Shown here piece by piece: positions 1 through 10,159 of a stretch of 64,000 nt of DNA. Source of the DNA: Candidatus Latescibacterota bacterium (GTDB lineage Bacteria; Latescibacterota; UBA2968; UBA8231); NCBI GenBank assembly GCA_965206595.1, contig OZ242214.1, positions 4,288,001 through 4,352,000 of the forward strand, in the 5' to 3' direction. A program made the translations under genes and the position numbers. The notes under the pieces were generated by a model that did no database searches, was not told where the DNA came from, and was given only the letters and a program-made list of their open reading frames with translations. Every line of letters begins with the position of its first letter. Positions within the stretch are counted from its first letter, which is position 1.

Positions 1-618
1 TTCAAAGTCGGGGATTAATTCAGAAACAGACTCCTGGAAAGCTTCTGTTGGTATTTCTTCATACGTTTGAAGAAGGGCAGCGAATAAAACCTCATCCTTT
101 TCTGCGGGGGGTAATTCGTCCAGAACAATTCCCTCGCCCAGCAAAATGAACCCCACAGCAATAAAACGAAGAAGGAACGATAAGATAGGGGGCCAAAATT
201 CTTCCGTGGTCAGAATTTCGCCACCGGAGAGTATATATTCGGTTCCGTCATAGTGCACCAGCAGGCTGTCCTTCCGTGTTTCATACGTGCCAGAGGCGGA
301 AATTTTCTCAATGGTTTGTAGCCTTCTTATTTCCACTATTTCTTCCAATAAGGCTTCCGGGATTTCGTCCTCGAAATTTTTCGGGATTTCCAGAGTTTCC
401 GGAATTTCGCTTCCGGCCCCGAAAGCATCGCCAAAGATGAGGATGGCAACATCAAAGGTGCCGTCTGGCCGTAAGGCCAAGCGGGTGGTGGCTATTTGCT
501 CGGCACCGGTGCTGTCATAGAGTGCCCCTTCCCAAGTGCCGGGAAGGGCTTCCTCCTGTTGGGCGGCGGCAAGCGGCAAGGCCAGGAACAGCAGCACAGC
601 GATAAACGGACGGTGCAT
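1..618 (-). CDS. Secreted hypothetical protein, partial (runs off the left edge)
   Basis: Not in the ORF track. ATG at 618 follows an AAGGAG RBS; it translates MHRPFIAVLLFLALPLAAAQQEEALPGTWEG..., a signal-peptide-like start, and stays open to position 1. Confidence 0.7.
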   Translation of the reverse strand, partial: MHRPFIAVLLFLALPLAAAQQEEALPGTWEGALYDSTGAEQIATTRLALRPDGTFDVAILIFGDAFGAGSEIPETLEIPKNFEDEIPEALLEEIVEIRRLQTIEKISASGTYETRKDSLLVHYDGTEYILSGGEILTTEEFWPPILSFLLRFIAVGFILLGEGIVLDELPPAEKDEVLFAALLQTYEEIPTEAFQESVSELIPDFE

Positions 619-823
619 AACGGTGTTTCTCCTTGGTTGAAAAGTGAGGTATCAAGTATTCCCATTCCGGTCACTGGGGAAAAAACCCAAGCTTTCCACA
701 ATCCTTATACAGGGGCACAAAATAGGCAAATAAGCACTCAGCAATCTGTGGTATACATACCATCACTTCATATTCAAGTGGGAAGAAAATTTCGTAAGAC
801 GTTGTTTTTAAATAAGTTAGTAA

Positions 824-1216
824 TACTTTCGCAACTGCCGCGAGGCGTTCGAGTTCTACCGCTCCGTATTCGGGGGTGAGTTCGCCTTCATCGACACCTT
901 CGCCAACGGTCCTGAGGACTTCGAGGTTCCCGAGGAGGAGCGCGACAACATCATGCACGTCTCCCTTCCCATCGGCTCGAGCGTGCTGATGGGCAGCGAC
1001 GCCCCCTCGACCTTCGGGCCTGCGCACATGGGGAACAACTTCTCCATCTCCTGCCAGACCCAGAGCCGTGAGGAGACCGACGAACTGTTCGGAAAAATCT
1101 CGGAGGGCGGGACCGTGACGTGTCCGCTGGCCGACATGTTCTGGGGGGCGTACTTCGGCTCCTGCACCGACCAGTTCGGCATCAACTGGCAGTTCAACTG
1201 CGAGCACAAGGAGTAG
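824..1216 (+). pseudogene. 5'-truncated VOC/PhnB-family (glyoxalase-like) gene
   Basis: Frame reads YFRNCREAFEFYRSVFGGEF...IMHVSLPIG...LMGSD...DMFWGAYFGSCTDQFGINWQ. TAG TAA lie directly upstream, so the usual N-terminal residues and start codon are missing. Confidence 0.75.
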
Positions 1217-1406
1217 GGATTCCCCACCCGGGGCATGGGGCTGACCTGACTAATGGAAGGCCTCCAGTTTCACCCGGTCGACGGCGAGCGCTGGAACGAC
1301 CCGGAGCGCCTGTTCGAGGCCAGGGGCGGCAGCAGGGGTCGGGGTCGTGTTTGTCGCCGCCCCATCCCATTCCTCCCTTCCATCCCCGAAACAGAAAGCC
1401 TCAACC

Positions 1407-2180
1407 ATGTCTGACATCCCTCGCTCCATCGAGTTGGAGATCGAAGTTACCGGCAGCCCTGAAGAGGTGTGGCGCGCCATCGCCACCGGTCCGGGCATCT
1501 CCTCGTGGTACGTCCCCCACACCGTCGAGGAGCGCGAGGGAGGGACGGCTGCCGCCTCCTTCGGCCCCTCCCCGGAGATGCAGGTCGAGGGGAGGGTCGC
1601 TGCCTGGGAGCCGCCCCGCCGGGTGCTTTTCGACGGCGGCGAGGATGTCGAGGGGCTGGCGTTCGAGTGGTCGGTCGAAGCCGGCAGCGGCAGTTGCTGC
1701 GTCGTGCGGCTCGTCAACACCGGTTTCGGCAGCGGCGGGGAGTGGGACGCCCAGTACGAGGACATGGTGAAGGGCTGGCAGCTGTTCCTGCTCAACCTCA
1801 GGCTGCACCTGGAGCACTTCCGCGGGCAGACCGCCTGGGCGGCCCTGCCCACGGCGATCTGGCCCGGACCGCGAGAAAAAGCCTGGACCACCCTCGCCGA
1901 TGCGCTGGGCATCCCCGCCGCCCCCGCGGTCGGCGAGCGGATCGAGGTCAGCGGATCGGGCGCCCCTGCCCTGGCTGGCGCGGTCGCCGACCGCGCCCCG
2001 TGGCGGCTCGCCCTGCTGCTCGAGGAACCGGCGCCCGGTACGGCTTTTCTGGCTGTGGAGGGCAGCGGCCAACAGGTCAGCGTTTCGATCTGGTCCTACC
2101 TGTATGGAAAGGAAGGCATCGGGAATTATACGTTTGTCTTGACAGGCTCAGAATGTTGCCCGACCTTCTTTTCTGCGTGA
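1407..2180 (+). CDS. SRPBCC/AHSA1-domain protein, 3' end replaced by IS1595 sequence from 2121
   Basis: IELEIEVTGSPEEVWRAIATGPGISSWY...WEPPRR...GWQLFLLNLRLHLEHF. The last codons (GNYTFVLTG...) are read from the IS terminal repeat. Confidence 0.8.
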   Translation: MSDIPRSIELEIEVTGSPEEVWRAIATGPGISSWYVPHTVEEREGGTAAASFGPSPEMQVEGRVAAWEPPRRVLFDGGEDVEGLAFEWSVEAGSGSCCVVRLVNTGFGSGGEWDAQYEDMVKGWQLFLLNLRLHLEHFRGQTAWAALPTAIWPGPREKAWTTLADALGIPAAPAVGERIEVSGSGAPALAGAVADRAPWRLALLLEEPAPGTAFLAVEGSGQQVSVSIWSYLYGKEGIGNYTFVLTGSECCPTFFSA

Positions 2181-2311
2181 CGGGCAGGTTTGCGGAGCAA
2201 GGCCCGCCCTACATCGGCGGGCGTTGCCCCCTTGTAGCGAGGATTGGCTGACGGCGTATTCTGCCACTTCTGAACAGCTTGTCGGCGGTCTTTTACTGAA
2301 GACTGGTTCAT
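2126..2311 (-). CDS. Small basic hypothetical protein at the IS end
   Basis: 61-aa ORF (ATPADVGRALLRK) closely following the upstream ORF; its stop lies inside the terminal repeat. Confidence 0.5.
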   Translation of the reverse strand: MNQSSVKDRRQAVQKWQNTPSANPRYKGATPADVGRALLRKPARHAEKKVGQHSEPVKTNV

Positions 2312-2315
2312 CAGA

Positions 2316-2756
2316 TCATTTTCTCGCGTGGTTCTTGATCCATTCCTCCCGTTCGTTCTCTTCCAAATCGGGAAACCGTTTGTCTACGTAATCGGAGAGG
2401 TACTTTTCATACCATTCATTGTCATCCACGAGGTTGTCATATAGGGCTCCTAACACGGGTATCATTTCATTTCTGTCCTGAACAGGATCGTTGCGTCCTT
2501 TCGGGAATTGGCCAATCTTCAACGCTTTTTCGACTGCCGTAATGGTCGACTTGATTCCAAGGAGATATGCACAATAAGTACACTTTTTCCCTCCCACTTT
2601 GCCGGCGCTGTTTTCTGGAAGTCGATAAAGGGACAGATCCAATCGACGGCGTTGATCCTTGTTCTCGCGTTTCCTGCCACTATGGAGGGAGCATTTTTCC
2701 GGGTCCATTGCGTTTTCCTTTCCATTGACAGCGCTTGACTGCGGATTTTGGCTCAT
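2316..2756 (-). CDS. Hypothetical IS passenger protein
   Basis: ATG at 2756 overlaps the MTase-fusion stop (ATGA coupling); contains C..H and CxxC (CTYC). Confidence 0.6.
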   Translation of the reverse strand: MSQNPQSSAVNGKENAMDPEKCSLHSGRKRENKDQRRRLDLSLYRLPENSAGKVGGKKCTYCAYLLGIKSTITAVEKALKIGQFPKGRNDPVQDRNEMIPVLGALYDNLVDDNEWYEKYLSDYVDKRFPDLEENEREEWIKNHARK

Positions 2757-4410
2757 ACTCGCAATTTCAGTTGGTCTTCTCGATATCGTTTGACGGTCTG
2801 CATGGTAGGTGGGCAATCCACTTTCGCGCCGTCAATCACTTCGTGAGCTGTTACGATTTGAATTCGTGCGTAACTCTTCGGCGGTAGATCATCGATCGGT
2901 TGATACTTCAGGTGCCCTGCCCTTTCTGCTGTATTTTCCATGGCGGGAGTTGGATCTCGATCCAAGACGAGAACCCCCATGAGTGCATTCTCATTATTCA
3001 TGGAACCTCGAAGTTCCCGAATCATAACAGGACCACGCTGCTGACCCGTCTTGACGAGAAGATCAGCCGGCCCCACTCGTCTTGGCCTTTGGAGCTTCCC
3101 AGATGAAAAGTCATGTCTCCGTCTACTCCGCGATCCGCTGACTTTTTGGGATTGGGCAACCCTCCGAGTCGACGTATCAGCCATTCCTGCTTTTCAAAGG
3201 GGTTCAGGCGTTTGTATTCGGCCATCGTATCGGGGCTGCCTTCGTGAATCTGGTAGTGGTTGCCGTCATACACCCCACGGGCAGCCATTCGGTCTTATAT
3301 CTCGTCGATGGCATATCCGCTGATGTCGATGCCGATCCAGCCCATGCCTAGACCGTGAGCCGTTTCTATTGTGGTACCGCATCCAAAGAAGGGGTCCAAT
3401 ACAGTGCCTTCTGGGGAACAAGAAGCCCGAAGGATACGGCTCATGAGTTCGCCAGGCTTTTGAGTTTGAAACCCCCGCCTTTCCTGCGACAGATTGTGAA
3501 GTGGACGGATGTTTGTCCACACATCCTGAAGCAAAAACGCCTTTTGATTCGTCCTCGTATTGTTTCAGTCGCGGCATGCCTGATTTTGCAGGCCAATGAA
3601 TCAGCCCCTGAGCATCCAGTTTATCCAAGACCTTTGGGGGGTGAGCCCAGTGACGCCCCTTGGCCGTTATGTCGATTTCCCGCCAAGGCTGCCCAGTTTC
3701 TCCGCCTCTGATTCCGGCCCCTGTCAAATCTCCCCGCTTGTAGCGTCGTCCGTCCGGATCGGTCTGATCAAAAAATGTGTCTACGTAGTCCGGCTCATAA
3801 GGTTGGTACTGTGGAGTCCACGTGTAGCTGTCAGACGCAGTGTAGAACAGGAGAGTATCGTGAACAGGTCCATACCGTTTCGCCCCGCTATGCGCACTTG
3901 TGCGCTTCCAGGTCACCTCAGAACGGAAGTGACGGCGACCAAAAACACCGTCCATTATGACCTTCAGGTAATGGCTCGCGCTTGGGTCACAGTGGAAGTA
4001 AATCGACCCGGCCGGGGCGAGGATGTCACGGCAACGAATCAGCCGTTGTGTCATGTACATCAGGTAATTGAGAAGCTTCCTGTCGTCGGAGGTTCCACCT
4101 TCGAGAATCCGCATCCAGGCCTGCATGAATTTCCTTGAACGCATCCGGAAGATCCCAGGCGTCCAGTTCGTCTCGAAACTGAAGCACCAGCTGACGGGTG
4201 CTGTCCGTGAAATCCCACATATCATGGTAGGCCTTCTGCTGAGCCGTAATCCCACCATGATTGAAGATCATGGAATAGGTGCGGTTTGAATTGAAGGGGG
4301 GATGCCAAGTAGATCAGGTCTACTCGAATGCCTTCCTGCAAAAGCTGATCCAGGATCAGTTTGCAGTCGGCTCGATAAAGTCGACAATCCTTTCCCTGTG
4401 TGGAAGGCAT
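2753..4410 (-). pseudogene. N4/N6 DNA methyltransferase fused to an Mrr-like restriction endonuclease domain (multiple lesions as sequenced)
   Basis: Reconstructed motifs DLIYL-DPPF (indel near 4305), GSIYFHCD, TQKP, VLDPFFGCGTT, WIGIDIS, then DRGVDG...SVKTG...IRELRG. Four 1-nt indels (about 4305, 4130, 3545, 3054) and one in-frame TAA (about 3295). Confidence 0.85.
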
Positions 4411-4416
4411 CTTCCC

Positions 4417-5348
4417 TCAGGCGATCAAGTCCCGGTAAAGCAGTCGTTTTCCGACCATGGCGACGACTACGTGCTGCATCTGCTCGACGGTGCCTTTCTC
4501 GCGGATGTTGTGGCGCCCTGCGAACTCCTGCACATAGCGTTGTAGGTGCTTGGCTGACAGCTTGTGATAGACGCCCTTGTCGCCCGCTTCAGCATCGACC
4601 AGAAGCTCTCTACGCCGTTAGTATGTGCCATGCCTCGGACGTATTCCCCGATGCTATGGTAGACCGCCTCGTGCCGTTTCCGGCCCTCGTAGCTACTGGA
4701 GCCGTCGGTGTAGATCATGGCTTCCTCGTCGGCTACGTCGTCAACGAACCCGGTGAACGTCTCCTGATCGGTCTGCTCGATGACCTTGGCAACGACGCGG
4801 TTCGTCTTCCGGTCCTTCGCTCCAATAACAGCCGTCTTGCCAGCCGTTCCGCCTCCAACATTCAGCTTCTTATCGGCATGTTTGTTGGCTTCCTTGCCAC
4901 CGACGTAGGTTTCGTCTATCTCTACCGGCCCGATAAAGGAACGGGCTACATCAGCGAACGCTTCCCGGATGCGGTGGAGCATGAACCAGGCCGTTGCCTG
5001 GCGGATGCCGAGGTCGCGGTGCAGCTTCATGCTGCTGACGCCTTTCAGGCTGGTCATTTCCAGGTAGATCGCCAAGGCCCATAATCGGAGTGGGAGCTTG
5101 CTGTCTTCCATCGAGGTTCCCGTCTTCAGGCTGAAATACTCCTTGCACTCTCCGCACCGATATGGCATCGGCTTGCCGCTTTTCACCCGATAGGCTCCAT
5201 TGGTGCTCCCGCACTTCAAGCAGCACATATCCCCGTCCGGCCAGTGCAGGCCTTCGAACCACTCAACGGCCTTCTCTTCGGTTCCGAACATCTCCGTCAT
5301 CTGCATGACGGTCACGCCTTCGCGGTAGTGCTTTCCTGGTGCCGACAT
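4417..5348 (-). pseudogene. IS1595-family transposase with a frameshift near 4580
   Basis: Zn-ribbon CLKC...CGEC, EIDETYVGG, IYTDG, AHTNGVESFWSMLKR. The C-terminus continues in another frame (KGVYHKLSAKHLQRYVQEFAGRHN...LLYRDLIA*). Confidence 0.9.
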
Positions 5349-5374
5349 TTTCAATCTCCCTTTCTCTACAACAA

Positions 5375-5423
5375 AAGGTACTGAAAAAGGTACTGAATTA
5401 TCAGGAGGTACTGAATTATCAGG
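5375..5423. repeat. Subterminal direct repeats of the IS1595 element
   Basis: aggtactgaa occurs 3 times and ggtactgaattatcagg twice, just inside the repeat upstream of the transposase. Confidence 0.8.
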
Positions 5424-5451
5424 CACTTGTCAAGTCAAACGTATAATTCCC

Positions 5452-5915
5452 TTTGCGAAGGCCCCAAGGCTGCGCGCATTGTTGTCCCCGATTTCGCATC
5501 CGAAAACCATGTCCACCTCCTGGGCCGTGATGGCAAATCGGGTCAACAATCCGATGATCTCCGTACCCAGGCCCTGTCCCCACAGCTCCCTCTCGGCGAT
5601 GGCGAGATCGATTCGCCGCAGGTCAAGTCCGGGATAGAGCGACGCTAGGCGTGGGAGGTTCATCTCCTGCAACCAGCATTCGGCCACGGGCCGTCCCTCG
5701 AGCTCGCCGACGAACATGAAAGCTGTGCGTGACATGCCGCGATAGATCCGCTGGACATCTTCGAGACTGCGGGAGTCGACGGCTTCTCCTTCGACCCAAT
5801 AGAGCACCTTGGGGTCGTTGTTCCACTTGTACAACAGGTCCCAGTCTCCCTCCGTCATCGGCCGCAGAACCATGCGAGGTCCCACCAGCGTGGTTTCGTG
5901 TTCACGGATCATCAA
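5452..5915 (-). pseudogene. RimJ/RimL-type GNAT acetyltransferase, 3'-truncated by IS1595
   Basis: LRPMTEGDW...WGQGLGTEII...NNARSLGAFAK, then the frame reads into the IS terminal repeat. Confidence 0.8.
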
Positions 5916-6075
5916 ACTTCACTGTGCGAGCCGGGGGGTGCTCCGGAAGCTCACGCTCACGATGGAAGTGACAGAAGATCGCGCGATTCTTTCGGGATTT
6001 GGTGCAAATAGGAGGAGTTCAGTCCGCTTAAGGGCGTTCAGCTTCCGTTCCGGGCCCGCAAAATCCGGTCAGGCG

Positions 6076-6774
6076 TCACTCCTCCGGCGGAATCACCGAG
6101 CGGTCCCGGGGCTCGTACCCCAGCACTTTCCGCCCGTGGTCGAGATCGTACATCGGCCAGTTGCTGTCGGAGACCCCGAACACCACTTCGTAGCGGACCC
6201 CCGGATGAATGATGGCGCGCTCGAACACCCGCACGCAATCCCCGTGGCTGAGGTGGTGGGGGTGTTCCGGCAGGTCGCGGTCGCGATTGAAGTTGCCGAT
6301 GCGCACCGACACGACCTCCATGTCGAAGCGGGTCGCGTACATGTAGCCGATCTGCTCGCCGAACGCCTTGCTGATCGTGTAGTAGTTCTGCGGCAGCGGG
6401 ACCAGGTCCATGGTTCGCCGCAACGACTTCGGGTAGGCCCCCAGCAATCCTGCTCGGCTCGCGAAGGCGACGCGGCGCACGCCGTTTTGCCGGCTCGCCT
6501 CGAAGAGGTTGTAGGTCCCGGTGATGTTGTGCCGCAGGACCTGCTCCCAGGTGGCGCCGCCGCCAGGATTCCCGGCGAGGTGGATGACGGCCTCGATGTC
6601 CCGCGTCGCCTCGAGGGCAACCACGAAATCGGATAGATCGCCGGTCACCACGTCCCCTGCATCAAGGCCGGGAACCTCGACGAGGTCGAGGCCGCGCAGC
6701 TCGTAGCGCCCTTTCAGGCCTGCGACCAGGGTCGATCCCACGGCCCCGGCCGCCCCCGTGATCAGAACACGCAT
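6076..6774 (-). CDS. NAD-dependent epimerase/dehydratase (uronate dehydrogenase-like extended SDR)
   Basis: VLITGAAGAVG Rossmann motif, VIHLAG, YTISK (YxxxK), SVRIG. Confidence 0.85.
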   Translation of the reverse strand: MRVLITGAAGAVGSTLVAGLKGRYELRGLDLVEVPGLDAGDVVTGDLSDFVVALEATRDIEAVIHLAGNPGGGATWEQVLRHNITGTYNLFEASRQNGVRRVAFASRAGLLGAYPKSLRRTMDLVPLPQNYYTISKAFGEQIGYMYATRFDMEVVSVRIGNFNRDRDLPEHPHHLSHGDCVRVFERAIIHPGVRYEVVFGVSDSNWPMYDLDHGRKVLGYEPRDRSVIPPEE

Positions 6775-6802
6775 CGTTCGTCCAAGGCCCGCGGGAAGCG
6801 GT

Positions 6803-9800
6803 TCAGCGCTCGGGTTGGGGCAGGTGGCGCCGCGACTCGATCCAGAAGGCGGCGATCGTCGCGGCGACGATGCCGATCCAGATCCATCCGTGAACCTGGA
6901 ACCAGCTTGCGGGCTGGCGCACGAGATCCAGGCCCGGGTCCAGGGTGGCGGTCAGGACGCCGAGGAGGATGTAGGCGACGAGGTTGCCGCGCAGCAGCAG
7001 GGCGATGACGGCAGCCGAGATGGCGATGCCGATGGCGCCAGTACCGGCACCTAGGAGAAACTCGCCGGCGTTGAATGCCCCCCCTTCCGAGATCAGGAGC
7101 CAGGCGAGGACCGCTCCGATCACGTAGGCAGGTTTCTTCAGGACCTTCAGCACGTAGAAGAGGACGACGCCGTAGGCGATCGGCATCACCGCCCCGCTGG
7201 CCAGGGTGGCGATCAGGCCGCTGACGGCCGGCGCCGCGTCGTTCATTCCGGTCAGCGACAGGAGGCCGAACCCGGGCTCTGCGAACCCGGGGAATTGCCG
7301 GGCAGCGAAGCCGGCAAGGCGGTCTCCCACCTTTCCGGCGGCCCAGGCGAGCAGGGCAATCCAGGCGGCGTCGCGAAAGAACCCTGCCCGCCCCGGTCCC
7401 CGCAGGCGCTCGAGGCAGCCCGGGTACAGGGAATCGGCCAGCCCCAGGTAGCAGACCACACCGAGGCCGACGGCGATCAGTCCCAGCACCGCGCCGACGA
7501 CCTGCATGATGGTGAAGATCGCGGTCGTCATCGTCGTGCTGTACCCGGCGTAGAATGCCGGCAGGCTGTTGAGGTAGCCGATGAGGAACAGGGCGCCGGC
7601 GATCAGACCGAGAGTCACCGGTTTCCGCCAGCCGAGGGTCTGCGACCGCATCTGGCGGACCATCAGCCAGATCAGGTGCAGGACGACGAAGACGATGACA
7701 ACGATTTGCAGCCCCGACATCACCGCTTTCAAGGTGGTGCTCTCCTGGCGTTCCCGCAGCCATTCCTCGGGGAGCTTGACGAAGCGGCGGAAGCCGCTCG
7801 CTTCGTCGCCGATCACGTCGACCTCGATCCGGTAGAAGGACTCGTCGAGGTTGCGCGGGTCCCCGTCCAGGGCCTCCCAGACGAAGTTGTGGTCGCGTCT
7901 CGCCTTCATCTTCTCCGAGGAGGATTCCACCAGTTCGAACTCGCCCGCATCGACTCCGAACTCCCGCAGGTGGGCTTCGGCTACTGCCCGCGCCTCCTCT
8001 TCGGAGAGGTCGGCGCCGACAGCCTCCTCCTCCTCCAGGTGGGTGAAGGAATCGACGCTACCGTCGCCGCAGTCGACGTAGACGTGGAACTCCTCCTTTT
8101 CGAGGGGCCGGAAGAACCGCACCCGCCAGCGGTTGAGCGGCAGGTGGCGGCTGTAGAGGCTGTCGATGGCGGCGAAGCCGGCCCGCTCCATGCGGTACTT
8201 GGCGACGTTGCGGCTCGCAGCGGATGCACCTGTAACCACCGACCGGTACCCCTCGAGCTCGACTCCGCGGCCGCCCAGGTAGCTTCTCGCCGCGGCTTCC
8301 GCCTCCTCCGCGGTGACGGCGAAGGCGGTCTCTTCGAGCGGTTTCTCGTAGTCGAGGAGGAAGAGGCCGGCTGCCACGGCGACGACCGCGGTCGAGAGGA
8401 GAAGGCGGCGCCCCGACAGGGGGGTGTACGAGGATGCCGGCTCCGGTTCGGAAAGGGGTTCGTCTTCCGCCGCCTCCTGCAGCTCGTCGAGAGGGGGACT
8501 CTCGGCGCGGTTGAGCAGCGGCTCGGGATCGACGAAGAACCGGTGCCGCAGGTACAGGACCAGGGCGGCGGCGAACGGCAGCAGCATGAGGCCGACCGAA
8601 AGGCCCGCCGAGACGACGAAGTAGCTGTTGCTCGACCGCAGCAGGATCATGGCGGTGTAGAAGGCGTCGATGGTGTAGTGCCAGACCAGGGCCGGCAGCA
8701 GCCCCCAGCGGATCATCACGTAGCCGACGGCGATCCCGGCGAGGCCGACCTCGATGCCGCGGATGTAGAACGGCTGCTGCGGGTACCCGGCGTGGGCGAA
8801 TCCCCAGACCAGGGCGGAGATCACCACGGCGAGCCAGCGCTTCTTCAGGAAACGCTGCAGGAACGGGATCGAGAAGGCCCGCGAGGTGAACTCCTCTGAG
8901 ACCGCGGGCATGAACCCGATCAGCAGGACGACGACCCACGGGATGTAGGTGTTGACCATCTGGTCGTAGGGGATCTGCGCCGGGCTCCAGGCCCCCAGGT
9001 CGTCGGCGACGACGTAGAAGACGGTCTGGTAGGCGACGAACAGGGCGGTCATGGTCAGGCCGATGACGGTGCCGGTCAGGAAGCGCTTGGTGCGGATTCC
9101 CGCCGGCAGGAACTGCTGGTTGAGACTGATCTGGCCGCCGTAGGAGCGGCGGTAGATCGGCTCGGCCCCGGCGGTGAGGAAGCCGATGAGGACGGCCTGT
9201 CCTAGCGCCGAGAGCAGGGCCGAGAGCAGGTGACTGGTGAGGAAGCTGCCGTAGGTCTCGGTGGTGTCGAAGTTGAACTCCGTGAGCGGCAGGGTGTTGA
9301 GCTCGGCGAGGAAGGTCAGGGCGAAGGCGATGGCGGTGAATACCGTCACCGTCTTCCAGCGCACGTCCCGGGCGCGGATGCTCTGGGTGAGGACCACGAG
9401 CATGCCGATCCACAGGAGCACCATCAGGACGGCGGCGACCAGGCCGGTCGCTTCGTTGTAGGAGCGCAGCTCCTGGTATTCCCGCTGCCAGGTCTCGGGA
9501 ACCTTGAGGTACTCGCTGTACCTGCCGACCTGGTCCCCCTGGATGCCGACCGTGAGGCGGTAGGTCGCCTCGGAGACCTCGAAGTCGGACAGCTTCCAGG
9601 TGAAGGTGTGGTCGCTGCGGTTCGGGCGCTCGGTGATCTCGGCCTCGACGAAGGTCAACCCCACGGGATCGCGGCCCATCGTCCCGGTGAGGAAGCGTTC
9701 GGCCAGGGAGCGGGCTTCCGCCTGGTCGAGGCTGGCCCCGGCGGCCTCCTCCTCGATCAGGTGAGAGAAGCCGGCGAGCTCCCCGGCGGTCGTGTACTGC

Positions 9801-10159
9801 ACCCGGAACTCTTCCTTCTCCAGCTCCCGGACCCAGCGGTTGCTCCAGCGCCACAGGCGCACCGGGTTGCCGATCAGGGCGGTGGCCCCCTCGAGTCCCA
9901 GCTCGCGCTCGAGGAAGGTCTTGGCGGTGCGGTCGAAGAGGAAGATGGCGCTGTGGCGATACCCCTCGACGTCGAGACCGCGGCTGTCGAGAAAGGTCCG
10001 CGCCCGTTCGCCCGCCTCCTCGCGGGTGATGCTGAAGTCGATGGTCGCTTCCGGGAAGGCGTCGTAGAAGAAGTGGCTCGCCGTCGCCAGGCTGACCGCG
10101 GCGACGACGAAGCAGACGGCGATCAGCCGGTAATCGCGATGGGTAAGGTGTTGTTCCAT
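6803..10159 (-). CDS. Large CPBP (type II CAAX) intramembrane protease-family protein with an internally duplicated extracytoplasmic module
   Basis: EEFTSR, FAH and HYTID CPBP motifs; many transmembrane segments; the module WxxRx(3)LEKEEF...EEE..GA.L..EAR..AE...K.PE.W occurs twice. Confidence 0.8.
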   Translation of the reverse strand: MEQHLTHRDYRLIAVCFVVAAVSLATASHFFYDAFPEATIDFSITREEAGERARTFLDSRGLDVEGYRHSAIFLFDRTAKTFLERELGLEGATALIGNPVRLWRWSNRWVRELEKEEFRVQYTTAGELAGFSHLIEEEAAGASLDQAEARSLAERFLTGTMGRDPVGLTFVEAEITERPNRSDHTFTWKLSDFEVSEATYRLTVGIQGDQVGRYSEYLKVPETWQREYQELRSYNEATGLVAAVLMVLLWIGMLVVLTQSIRARDVRWKTVTVFTAIAFALTFLAELNTLPLTEFNFDTTETYGSFLTSHLLSALLSALGQAVLIGFLTAGAEPIYRRSYGGQISLNQQFLPAGIRTKRFLTGTVIGLTMTALFVAYQTVFYVVADDLGAWSPAQIPYDQMVNTYIPWVVVLLIGFMPAVSEEFTSRAFSIPFLQRFLKKRWLAVVISALVWGFAHAGYPQQPFYIRGIEVGLAGIAVGYVMIRWGLLPALVWHYTIDAFYTAMILLRSSNSYFVVSAGLSVGLMLLPFAAALVLYLRHRFFVDPEPLLNRAESPPLDELQEAAEDEPLSEPEPASSYTPLSGRRLLLSTAVVAVAAGLFLLDYEKPLEETAFAVTAEEAEAAARSYLGGRGVELEGYRSVVTGASAASRNVAKYRMERAGFAAIDSLYSRHLPLNRWRVRFFRPLEKEEFHVYVDCGDGSVDSFTHLEEEEAVGADLSEEEARAVAEAHLREFGVDAGEFELVESSSEKMKARRDHNFVWEALDGDPRNLDESFYRIEVDVIGDEASGFRRFVKLPEEWLRERQESTTLKAVMSGLQIVVIVFVVLHLIWLMVRQMRSQTLGWRKPVTLGLIAGALFLIGYLNSLPAFYAGYSTTMTTAIFTIMQVVGAVLGLIAVGLGVVCYLGLADSLYPGCLERLRGPGRAGFFRDAAWIALLAWAAGKVGDRLAGFAARQFPGFAEPGFGLLSLTGMNDAAPAVSGLIATLASGAVMPIAYGVVLFYVLKVLKKPAYVIGAVLAWLLISEGGAFNAGEFLLGAGTGAIGIAISAAVIALLLRGNLVAYILLGVLTATLDPGLDLVRQPASWFQVHGWIWIGIVAATIAAFWIESRRHLPQPER

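Larger units (their letters stand above)
2121..5451 (-). mobile_element. IS1595-family (ISXO2-like) element with passenger genes
   Basis: 24-bp terminal inverted repeats, gggaattatacgtttgtcttgaca (2121-2144) and tgtcaagtcaaacgtataattccc (5428-5451), match at 23/24. They enclose a transposase plus three co-oriented ORFs. No target duplication. Confidence 0.9.
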
